A stretch of DNA of 64,000 bases from the NCBI GenBank assembly GCA_965644295.1, contig CBFFRP010000149.1:186001-250000 (forward strand). Reading direction: 5' to 3'. Every line of letters begins with the position of its first letter. The stretch's first letter is position 1. A program made the position numbers and the translations under genes. Source of the DNA: Paraphysomonas bandaiensis. Lineage: Eukaryota > Protista > Chrysophyceae. Of this stretch, positions 13,639-24,634 are shown one piece after another. A model generated the notes under the pieces. The model ran no database searches, was not told the DNA's origin, and saw nothing but the letters and a program-made list of their open reading frames with translations.

Positions 13639-15059
13639 TTATTTTTCGCGAGTTTGATAAATAACATTCATGGCATTGCGGTAACATGCCTCTACCACAG
13701 TATCTAGATCAATGCATTTTATTTCGGAAATTGCTTGAGCAATGATTAATATATGTCCAGGATGAGAGAAAGTCGCTTTCAGTGGATTGCAACTATCACC
13801 AGTGCTCAGCATGGGTGGGAAATAAGGGCTGTTCGATTCCAGGACTATTTTACAAAGAGGTATATCAAAGACATACTCACGCAAGTACTTTTGCTTTGCG
13901 TGTGTTATGCGACAATCTATAGAAAAGTAACACTGAGGAAACATATCCATTATACTAACAACAGTGTCCCACTCTAAACCACAGGGAGAGAGTTGTACAA
14001 CCAGTGGACACCACAAATCCCCAACGCATGCAGAGGAAGTGGTTAAATTTCTCAACAAACCAAGAATATCTGAATCTATAGTTAAAGGTGGAGTTTCGAC
14101 ATCGTTTTCAGACTTCTCTGCAGATAAATAAATGAACTTCGCCGGGCCACAATCATGCACGCATAAACAAGGCACTGTTTCCACTTCATCATCAGGAATG
14201 AGTGCTGTCATCTCTACATCAGGTTCCTTAGATAATATGCTCCTTCTTGTGCATGCCTCGTTGCACATCATAGCAGCCTCAAGTTGCAACCTTAAGCATG
14301 TCAGCTGGCTTTCACGAGAACTATTGGCAAGTACATGAGAAGTGTAGTTTAGCCCCATGGGACCCATGCCCACAACACTAGAGCGAGCATAATAATCCAC
14401 TATAACATCCCGTAGAGGCCTTAAATCATCATCATGTATACCAGTAAGCAATTTGTGATGATTTATCCATGCAGAAGTATGAATAGGAGGTATACCCACA
14501 GAGTATCCTATACTCTTATCCATAGACTGTATACTATCCGTTAACTTGAAGGTATAGTGATGCACATCAAGAGGACAACGTATCAATACACCATCCAATA
14601 GTTCATAAGGAAAATCATTTCCAAACTTCTCATTGGATACAAATTCATCACTTCCTTGGAAGTCATTGATATCACCTTCATAGTTCATATCTATGATATG
14701 ATGACTTGTTACTGGATATGATACACGTAATAAAGACTGATGATCTTTCTTTTTTTTTGTAGGCTTTTTTTGTCCTCTATAAAATACATATATATGAATA
14801 TATCTTAATATACATACATATATATGTATATATACCTTTCACGTTGTTTAGATTTCGGCCGTACGGGATCTACCGGATCATGAGATTGATTGTCAATTAT
14901 ATTACTATTAATATCATTATATGGACAATCTTTACGTAAATGTCCCCCTTTTCCACATAAAAAACATTTCATTTTTTTAATTTTTGATGTATTGGGACAT
15001 TTTCCACTTAAATGACCTTCTTGACCACATTTATGACAATTACGATCTTTATGACCCAT
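13639..15059 (-). CDS. Two CCHC zinc knuckles fused to a degenerate TatD-like TIM-barrel; 2 exons
   Basis: Exon 1 has CHKCGQEGHLSGKC and CFLCGKGGHLRKDC. A GT-AG intron at about 14836-14779 joins in frame to the 349-aa ORF, which has TatD-like GIPP, VGMGPMGLNY, CYFSID, DIPLCKIVLESNSPY, SHPGHI and CYRNAM. Confidence 0.82.
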
Positions 15060-15397
15060 AAATTGGCTTATTTAGGTATTAATATGCACTATAAGGGATT
15101 AAAGTTAGGTGTTTTTAGTATCACGTAGTTTGGATTTATATATACGGGTGATGTATGTGTATTGTGTTGATCTTAAGCTACGTTAATATCTATATGTACA
15201 GCTTCATAGAGGCAGAAGTAAGAAGGAAGCACACTTGCTTGTTCTCACTCACTCACACTTCACACATACATCAGTAGCAGCAGTATACAGAGTATATGTA
15301 CAATACCATGTACTGCTCTATTCATGGTGTCGTAGTACGATAATACAATACAACAGTACCTTTACGTTACGACCACTCATACAAACATATCTCCTCA

Positions 15398-15526
15398 TAT
15401 CGGCATCCTTCGTATATTTTTGTTCTTATATGCCTCTATTATTGAGACAACAATTGTCTGTATTACAGCCGTAGTTGTATATCAGTAATATAGACGATAT
15501 TTGCCTCAATTAATTTCCGAAAATAT
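15398..15526 (+). mobile_element. MITE family A, copy 2
   Basis: tatcggcatccttcgtatatttttgttc...attgagacaacaattgtctgtattacagccgtagttg...ttccgaaaa; lies between divergently transcribed genes. Confidence 0.8.
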
Positions 15527-15739
15527 ACGCCTATATATACATACTGCTCTATGCATGCTAATTACGGTTATAAGGGTTTCCATACAAGTCAACAACAGTA
15601 ACTCCTGTCATTATCTTAAATCCTCTTACAGTAGGAAACTACGAGTATTGTAATACTCAACCTATCGATATGATGACATAATACATATATACTTTACGTA
15701 CAAGAACACGAAACATTATACATATACATATATATAGTT

Positions 15740-16587
15740 ATGTCATCGAATTCAAAACAGCAGAGACAATGGGAAATTGTGGATATAAGTTTAAAAAAAA
15801 CACAATTACGTGAAGAAGATGTTTTATACTGTGAAGGAAGTATGAAGCCTTATTGGCGTGGAAAAATTCATTTATTTGCATTCTTACTGTTTCCGTTTGC
15901 ATTTGCTATACTTATAAACGAGGCGGAATCACTAACTGAGAGAATTGGTCTCCTTGTATTCACTCTTGGTCACATGTTATCTTATGGGATTAGTTACGTA
16001 TTTCATTGTTTTGAATGGAGTGCACGGATTGAGGTAATTTAGTCTCTTTCACAATATGTATTTTGATTTACTTTCAGATATTCCTCCAAAAATGTGATCA
16101 TGCTGCTATATTTATTGCGACCGCCTCATCAATTACACAGTACATTCTTTTTGGGGTCAAAACGAACGTGCATCTAATGCTCGCAGCGGCATGGGTGCTG
16201 TGCATAATGGGAACCACTCTTGTATATCTACGGAAAAAGGAAACATATCATCATGCGGTGTCTGCCATGGTTATATTTTGGGCAATTCCCGACATGCTGC
16301 AGGTGATGACAACATACCAGTTCCAATTATTCCTCGCAACTTGGGCCCAGATTGGGATAGGAATGGTCGTTTATGGTTCTCGCTGGCCTAAACTATGGCC
16401 GGAGTACTTCGGATACCACGGTAAGAATCTATGCAAAGTATTTGAAAAGCAACTGATCATAACTCTAGAGGTTATGCACGTACTGACGACGTCAGCTGCA
16501 ATCACGTCAATAATTCTCCAGCACAGTCTGCTGAGCACTTTCGACAATTCTTTTTGCATATTCAGTGGCAATAAAAATGATGTGTAG
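15740..16587 (+). CDS. Hemolysin III / PAQR family membrane protein; 3 exons
   Basis: KPYWRGKIH, SYVFH, QKCDHAAIFIATASS, RWPKLWPEYFGYH|EVMHVLT; seven hydrophobic segments. Confidence 0.9.
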
Positions 16588-17020
16588 TGTGGAGCAGCTT
16601 GAATGAGTTGCGTTTAACTTTTGTACAGTGACTTGTGTGCGAATATAGCACAGCTGTTATTATTATATTACATTTTTTTGCTTCCTGGCTTACGGTCTCA
16701 TGATATTGCTGCAAAGTGATGTGCAACATATATATTTTGGCTTTTTATCTCAAGCGTTTACGAGATATTAGCTTCCAATTGAGCTGTATGAGATGTATGG
16801 TTGTAATAACATATACAAAAATCAACTGGTAATTAGCATACAATTGGATTAACTCCTGTTGAGCGCAGCTAGACTTATTATCTCAGTGCTGCGCAAAAGT
16901 ATGCATTCTTTGACACTTCACATTATTATGATGTTTTTTCTGAAAGCTAATTGAAAGATGCATTAACTAATATTTAATCTGGTAACTTTAGGACCAGTGA
17001 ATTCGTTATGATTAAATAAC

Positions 17021-17057
17021 AATAGTATTGCAATATAATATATTTTTCCTAGCCCTG
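17021..17057 (-). mobile_element. Orphan hAT-type terminal repeat
   Basis: The reverse complement cagggctaggaaaaatatattatattgcaatactatt resembles the TIRs of the hAT element at 28116-29417. Confidence 0.55.
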
Positions 17058-17573
17058 ATTAATAGTGTACAGTGTACAACAGGTGAAATCTACCCATAGA
17101 TGCAACGGGTGTATATAGTATATAGTTACAAAGGAAGTAAATTCAGTTACTGATGTGTGGCTATAAAAGATATAGGAGTGGCTGGTGAACAGATGTTGCC
17201 GAGAACAGATGTTCACATGAATATGTTACGCAGTGTCCAGATTAATTAAGTAAGTACATTGTGCTCAACAAAGTAAGGTTAAGCTTTACGTGTAGAGCAC
17301 AGTTAACTTCAGTGAATTGTCCAATTCTAACATTAAACATAATTATCAGATGTTGAATTTCCATGCTACCCCAAAGTGTACAGAGGTTAGCAATTGTTAC
17401 TGCTATTATTGTGTGTGTGAGAAAGGGTTAATAATATTAATTGGATATATTACAGTTGTAAAGTAGATCAATATCACTAAGTTCAATTTCATGAGTAAAT
17501 ATTGCTCCCAGTGAACATTTACAGAAGCTGCAGATCGATTCTCAAGCATTATAGAACTAGTTAATTAAGAACG

Positions 17574-18722
17574 CTAGGGCAATGTATCTTCATCAGAGGA
17601 ACCTGATGAGAATTGATCACCTCTTCGAGTTCGTGTTTTTCCTTCACCACAACTTGTCCCGAGTTCGCCTGCAGTAGGAAGATTGGATATCTCCTGAATA
17701 GCCCCCAATATGGATTCCCGCAGAAAATTAGCCAAGGGAAGTAAATTTTTATCTCTGTCAGCAACATGGAGGCAATCAAAATAATTAGCTTTGTTGGCTT
17801 GGTTGACAGTGACGGGTGGTAACCCTAGTTTACACAAGGGCAAAGATGATATGATACGTGCAACTCGTCCATTGCCATCTGCAAAAGGATGAATGCGCAA
17901 GAATGCCCACTGCAACCAGGCGACTTTGATAAACACACCAATCCCATCGCTATCCAGCACACGTCGAGCAAGGTTACAGTATCTGAGCATTTCCGGGCCA
18001 ATTTCAGAATGGTGGCAGAATTGTGTCACCTCTGTGTCGGTCTTGTGTTTGGCGACACAAGCCACCCGTCGATATTGACCAGTGGGTATCAACATGAACA
18101 TTGTGTACACGTCACCCCTGTGGTCTTCACACTGTTCTTCCACAAAGTTATCGTCTTGGAGCAGGGTGGAGTGAATTCTTTTGATAAATTCCTCAGTAAA
18201 CGTATTGTAATCATCCAGGCACTGTGAGAGCAACACCAAACCATCCTGAGTGTTTTTTAGAATTCGAATGATTGTTTTCTTTTTCTTCTGTTTGCTGAGT
18301 ACTGATATTCCATCGATGGAATTGACATAAAATCCTCGACGAATAAGACGTGGCCATGATTGTCCCTCCAAAGAAAACACGTCTTCCAATATATTGGACG
18401 ACACGCATGCATAGCGCTGGAATTGGAGTAATACATCCACCTCCCTTTCCTTCATTCCATCCCACTCACTTTGAAGAATTTGAAAAGATGAGATTTCTTC
18501 TGATATTACAGGGTATTCAAAAGGGGTTGAGAAGCACTGAAGAGGGCCTGCGCCAGATTGACAGTGAAACTCATCATCATCAATGGTGTCACGTTCCACC
18601 AACTTTGACACAACGCCAATTAGATGGCTCAGAGCATCATTGTCTGATAAAATGTTGTTGAGCTCGCGCAGTACATCCAGACAGCCACGAAGATCCAATA
18701 GTAAAAAATGAAGTTGAATCAC
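17574..18722 (-). CDS. Fic (Fido) domain protein, putative AMPylase; true start uncertain
   Basis: Canonical HPFADGNGRVAR motif, upstream IKRIH and PTGQYR, and an alpha-inhibitory-like SNILED. No introns in the ORF. The ORF-track start is a GTG. Confidence 0.88.
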   Translation of the reverse strand: MIQLHFLLLDLRGCLDVLRELNNILSDNDALSHLIGVVSKLVERDTIDDDEFHCQSGAGPLQCFSTPFEYPVISEEISSFQILQSEWDGMKEREVDVLLQFQRYACVSSNILEDVFSLEGQSWPRLIRRGFYVNSIDGISVLSKQKKKKTIIRILKNTQDGLVLLSQCLDDYNTFTEEFIKRIHSTLLQDDNFVEEQCEDHRGDVYTMFMLIPTGQYRRVACVAKHKTDTEVTQFCHHSEIGPEMLRYCNLARRVLDSDGIGVFIKVAWLQWAFLRIHPFADGNGRVARIISSLPLCKLGLPPVTVNQANKANYFDCLHVADRDKNLLPLANFLRESILGAIQEISNLPTAGELGTSCGEGKTRTRRGDQFSSGSSDEDTLP

Positions 18723-18819
18723 TCATCTCATAGCTCTCACTCCCAACTATTCATCTCCCCATGAATTCCTATCGATGTGTTGATGCATAATTCCCATAAT
18801 TATGCATGTGTTGAGCTCG

Positions 18820-18965
18820 TATCGGCAGTCAGGATCTTATTTTCGAAAATAAATTGAATCAAAAATTCTCTATTTAACTGAAGTACAACTACGGCTGGAA
18901 TACAGATAATTGTTGTATCAATATAGGAGGCATTTTTGAACAAAAATATACAAAGGATGCAGATA
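18820..18965 (-). mobile_element. MITE family A, copy 3 (both termini visible)
   Basis: Begins tatcggca and ends tgcagata (imperfect TIR, TA at both ends). The interior is the reverse complement of the family core. Confidence 0.8.
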
Positions 18966-19019
18966 CGTTCCTGCCTCCGATGACATACAGCAGTACCATG
19001 CAATGGAGATACATACACG

Positions 19020-19155
19020 TATCGGCATTCTTTGTATATTTTTGTTCAAAGATGCCTAAATATTGAGACAACAATTATCTGTATTAAAACCGTAGTTGCA
19101 TTGCAGTAATATCGAGGATTATGACTTCAATATATTTCCGAAAAATTTAGATGCT
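19020..19155 (+). mobile_element. MITE family A, copy 4 (inverted relative to copy 3)
   Basis: tatcggcattctttgtatatttttgttcaaagatgcc...attgagacaacaattatctgtatt...cgtagttgcattgcagtaatat...ttccgaaaaa. Confidence 0.8.
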
Positions 19156-20839
19156 ACAGTATGTATCTATCTATATATAAACGTATCCAGCATGCATATC
19201 CAGTACAGTATGTATAAGTATGGTAAGAGTTTCCACAACTGTACTAGATTTCAATCTGAGGCTCTTGTAGAGAATTATAATTACGGCTAAAACTCTATGA
19301 TTGTTGTTGAACAGAAGACTGAACACTCTCAGTACACGTATGGCATACTGTGACCCTATACATGTAAACATCACATTACTAATCAGAAATTTTCTCACTA
19401 ATCATTGCTCGGCTCAGTGAGACTGAGAAGGACTCTCCTCTGATAGAATTATAGTCGACTTAAGGGGGTGATTATGAATGATCGCGTTCCTTACATGGAA
19501 CCGATAGCTCAGGCTAATTCTGGGAAGCGGATGGATGAAATCTTGAGGCTCTTCAGGAAGCGGTTATTCTATGAAACTATGAGAGCTAAGCAGAATGCCG
19601 TAGACTAGTTGAGCACAATGGGGTGGAGGCTTACGATGAGCACAATGAACATGACTTGGATGCGGCTGTATGTGAGCACAATGAGGTGGAAGCGGGCGAC
19701 AGTATGCACAAAGAGGATAGAACATTTGACCACACAAGAATAGTTTACTTGAAAAGATTGCGATGTCGAATGATTGTTATCCGCCCCTGTACTTACCATT
19801 TCTGGTTTTTGGACCACCTGCTTTCCCGGAAGATTGTGCAATATCAGAGTCGATTAGAGCTGAGGCCAAAAATAGGACCAGAAATGCGGTTTTGGAGGCT
19901 CTCGATTAAGACAGACAGGCTTTATGATTGTCACTGAGAACCACAGCAAGATGGATGAATACTTTGCTGCAGTGGAAAATCGGAAATATCGTAAAGTAGA
20001 ATTGAAGACCGAATACAACTTGCTTTGGACATGGGGAAACTGAAGATGTGATACTGCAGTTACGACTCCAACTGAAGGCATTCATGAATTCAAATCTTAT
20101 TCCTGTTGTACCACAGCTAACTTACGTGTCTATAGAAGCACCTGCTAAGCGCAAACGGACTAATGAACAATTGTCATCACCTTTGTAAAGGAGGTTTGCT
20201 GTTGTTGTGTAGTAATAATTCATTGTTTCTGCATTATTATTATTATTATTACGTATTTCTACTGCAACCAACCTTCTTCTTTTTTCTGCAATGCTGCTTT
20301 AAAGTGCTTAAAGCATAGAACTCTTCTTGCTGTTCACATACAACATCAACAATTGCTTTATTTAGCTCTTTCTCTTTACTCAACAATAGAAGGGTGAGTT
20401 GTGGACCTCTGAATTCACACCAATCACTGTTTGGACTTTCTTCGTTACAATAAATGTTGTTCCATCGTTTGTGCCCCATTCCGAGGGCGTGGCCATAGTG
20501 TAGGCTGGATGGTGCCCCACCTAAAACACCGAGTTAAAGCACTGATTCTACTACCCACCCACCCGTGTACCAACTTATATGATGGTCATCCACATAGATC
20601 ACGCGCAGATTCTGTTGTCCCCCCACCTGTGTTAATGTTTGCTGAGATTACGCGGGATTTCTCATAACTATGCATAACTATACATGTAATTCGCGCAGAT
20701 TCTAGTACGACCATGTGTACCTTCCCATTATTACCTAACAAAAATTACGCGGGGATTCTTGTGACTATGCATGACTCAGTATAGGTCTAGTGTGACATTG
20801 GCCGCCCTAGAATGCGCGGGGTTTCTCGTAATCTCATAT

Positions 20840-23800
20840 AGCTAGAGCTTTCTTGATGCCAACACACGAATAATACGCTGAGATTTTTATTAATAATCTA
20901 TACGTTACTTAGCTTAGTCAACACTAGCACTTCACTAGGGTACGCTCTCAGAATGGGGCAGAAAGCATCATGGTAGGAAGCCGGATAAAAAGCTTCTTAC
21001 AGTAGAGAATATACGGCGTGGAGAACCAGCAGATTTCTCTGATGAAGATGAAGCTAATATGATCGAGGATGTTATGTTGTCATGCCAAATATATGAAACA
21101 AATATCTGTAGTGTGAATGATGACATCCATTACACTTATACTGGCACCTGTTGTTCATCATCAATGTTCTTGATGAATGATGTAACCATGCTTGATAATC
21201 ATATGAGTACATCAAAGGTAATTAACGGTTCTAAAAAGGATCAGAGATTCGGATCACGAGTGTGGGTTCCCGTGTGGAGCATGGAGGGACATTGAAATAT
21301 CAGAGCAGATAAATCGATGCCTGTGCTCTGGACGTAAACTAAATGAAATGGGTTATCGATTTACGGTATGGTATGGAATACTAATATATAACAGTACAAC
21401 TGGTGAGCTGGTGCTGGAGGTACCCATAAAGAATGGAATGACTGCAGTGCCAACTCAGCAGCTCTTGGAGCTGCCAGATGTGTCGACACCGAGTGATTGT
21501 GAAGTGAATCTAAGCGATAGGACTGGTGAGGATGAGCTCGAATTGCTACATCGGAGAGCGGGTCACTTCAACACACACAAAAGTGGAAGCACACAAAAGA
21601 GGATGCTCATCATGGACACGGGGTTGAAACGAAAACACCTCTCGGCTAGAGTACATAAAAATCAATGTCTGTGTGATGTGTGTGCCAGGTCTAAAATAAC
21701 CCGAGTCAGCTTCCGAACGAAGGACGAGAATTCCATTAGACCAAATTTTTCAGCAGATATAGCTGTGTGTACTTAAATTGTCCTGCTCGAGGAGGAGAGA
21801 GGTATGTGTTGAAAATAACGCATCATGCAAGCAAAATGTTCTGAGCGACGGGTCTAGTCAACAGAACTGGTGAAGCGGTATTAGAAGTCTTCAAAGAGCT
21901 GTTTAAAGGTGATGTTAAAAGGTACAAGCTCAAGATGGATCATTACCACATGCAGATGGTGCAGGAGAGTTGATCAGTGAAGAGCTGCGTCAGTATCTTA
22001 GGTCACATGGAGCTCAACAGACTCTCCGGAGATGAATGCCATAGAGGAAAGGAAGTTCAGAACTGCTGGAGAGATGACCCTTGCAATGTTAATCCAATCT
22101 GGACTGCCACCGCAATTTTGGCTGGATGCTCAGCAGGCAGGGTGCACCGAGAGATAGTGTATGACGTGTATTGGTTGTGTGATGGGTATGTTGTATATGG
22201 TTATGCTACACTTATCTTCTCTCGTTGAGCCGAGTTCGTGCAAGAGGCTCATGTTGTACTGAGAGACAATAGTAGTGTATCACGTGTATTGTTTGTGTGA
22301 TGGCAATGGGGTGAACTACAGTTCAATTGAGTGAGAAAGTGATAAATATTCATGGACTTAGTGTGTATTGTTCATACAGTGAAAGGAAAGTTATATGATG
22401 TAATGTATTCATGATCGTACGTAAGTTGTATATTTAAATCACAAGTGGCTAGAAACAATGTAGCTACGAGTAGGGCAATGACTGCTGGCATCATGATGAT
22501 CAATGGGTTGACAGTGGTAGTATGAGGGCAGATAACGTGGTTGCTGGTAAGCAAAAAAGCGCTTCTGTTACATATCCTCTATGAGACTTAAAATTATAAT
22601 AAGATTAATATTTTTTGTTGTCTCTAACCCCTAATTAATACCACAAATAGAATAGTTTCTTTAACATTTATTTCTACTTAAATACTGTAAAAAATACTCC
22701 TAAATTTCCCAAAATATCGTAAAATTCCCACGTTTGCATAATGTTTACTTAACGTATCATAGCGTTTTGTTATGCCGATCTTGAGGAGGATGTTTATATG
22801 GCACCTCCACCTGATGAAGACTTGCCAGCGGGGTGGTGTTTTCAATTGATCAAGGCCTTCTTATATGGGTTGCGGTCATCACCGAGGCAGTGAAACAAAC
22901 ATATTGACAAGTTTATCAAATCTTTACATTTTACTGCTTGCAGTTTAGATAATACATGCTTATATATGCGATGGAGTAATGGTCAATTGCACTTATATTG
23001 CTGATATTTATGTTGATGATATTATTATTGCATCTGCTGATCTCACCTACTTAGAAACTGTTAAACGTAGGTTCTGCGAAACGTTTGAAATGCACAATCT
23101 GGGTGTGTGCAAACGGTTTCTGAATATCCGAATATTACGAGAGGTGAAGACTGGTACATGTTAGATCAATCGGAATATGCCAAGAATATTGTCAAGAAAT
23201 AATTCAGTTCGTTTATATGGGAAAGAGCAGTAAGAACAAGGAGACTCCACTACTTACCAATGTTCAGGATTTGTTGGCAGAGCAACGTGAGCTGACGGAG
23301 GAGCAGAAGCAGTGGGTCGAATCATTTCCGTATAGAGGAATTATTGGAGCGGTGTTACATTTGGCGATTCATTCTAGACCTGATCTGGCTTATGCTGTGG
23401 GATTATTGGCTCGATTTAGTACTTCTCCAACATATGCGGCTTGCAGATTAGCTATTCATTTGTTGAAATATTTACGTGGTACAGTTGATAAGGGCATCAG
23501 ATTCAGTGGGAGTGAGTTTGATTTACATGTATTCAGTGATTCAGACTGGGCTGGTGATAGGATGACTCGGCGGTCCACAACGGGATACATGTGCGGGCGC
23601 TTTGGCCTGGCAGTCCAAAATTGCGACTTCGAGCATGGAATCTGAGTATATGGCGGAGTATGCGGCTATGCAAGAACTGGTGTGGCTTCGGGGGGTGTTC
23701 AAGGAGCTCGGACTCTTGGTAGCGAAGCCGACTCCATTCATTAGGGATAGTAAGAGTGCAAAGGGTCTTTCAGAGAATCCAGTGTATCATAAGAGGTCGA

Positions 23801-24473
23801 AGCATATTGACATCAAGTATCACGGGATAAGAGAACATGTTAATGGAAAATTTCCTACAGCAAAGTTGATTCATGTATCTACGGATGATATGACGGCCGA
23901 TAATTTTACTAAGGCATTGTCCACGAAGACCTTCAGCCGTCATGAGGAAATGATTACCGGGGTTAAGAGGAGTGTGTCTAACAGAGTGGAGGAGCAGCAG
24001 AAGAAACGACCCCGAAGAGGTTAATGGTGTGTTTTAGTGGGTGAAAATCCTACATAACTGTATATCTAGTTGACTGCTAGTTATATATGTATCTATAAAA
24101 GAATTCACATCTGTTTTACCTATGGGACTAGATAGTCATAGCATTATCAGATTATTGTGATCACTGTTGTTTTATCTCACTGCATTCTACATTGAGTGGG
24201 AGTATTAGAATATGGATCTTATTCTAGTATATTCAGTATGTCACTTGAAGACAATGTACGAGAATACAGTGAAATATAGTGATGTACAAATATTGAGAAA
24301 CTGAAATAGTTTGATCTTTCAAGATATGTTCAGTAACGAGAGGTTCGCATATGTAGGATTAAAATGAGTTAGTGTTGGTTATCACAACTTCGTGTAAACG
24401 ATATTAATAAATCTATCTAGTCTTACGACAAATTCTCTCTGTGATCTAGCTTAAAATGAGCAATTTTCAATAC
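20840..24473 (+). mobile_element. Degenerate Ty1/copia LTR retrotransposon (GAG-pre-integrase, integrase, RT, RNase H, PPT, 3' LTR 24203-24473)
   Basis: LLHRRAGH...CLCDVCARSK (pre-integrase); LYGLRSSPRQ* and YVDDIII (RT); YRGIIGAV..RPDLAYAVG; FSDSDWAGD..RRSTTGY, ESEYMA, YHKRSKHIDIKYH, ADNFTKAL (RNase H). Many frameshifts and stops. Purine tract gagtgggag precedes the LTR, which matches the solo LTR at 1756-2024. Confidence 0.9.
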
Positions 24474-24634
24474 AAGAAATGCAATTATGAGATTGGTTCC
24501 AACGCCCCTTACAACTCCGCTTTGCTATCATCCTACTAGACTTTAGTTTTTATACTTCAAGTGTATTCTCCAAATTTTATTATTTTCCTAATTCGATACG
24601 TATCCCTCATTAAATAAATCTTAATTAATTCTTC

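Noticed and set aside
19470-20480. Coding-like fragments upstream of the copia relic
   Set aside because: Multiple stops and frameshifts and no family motif I can identify; probably a decayed TE or gene, not supportable as a feature.
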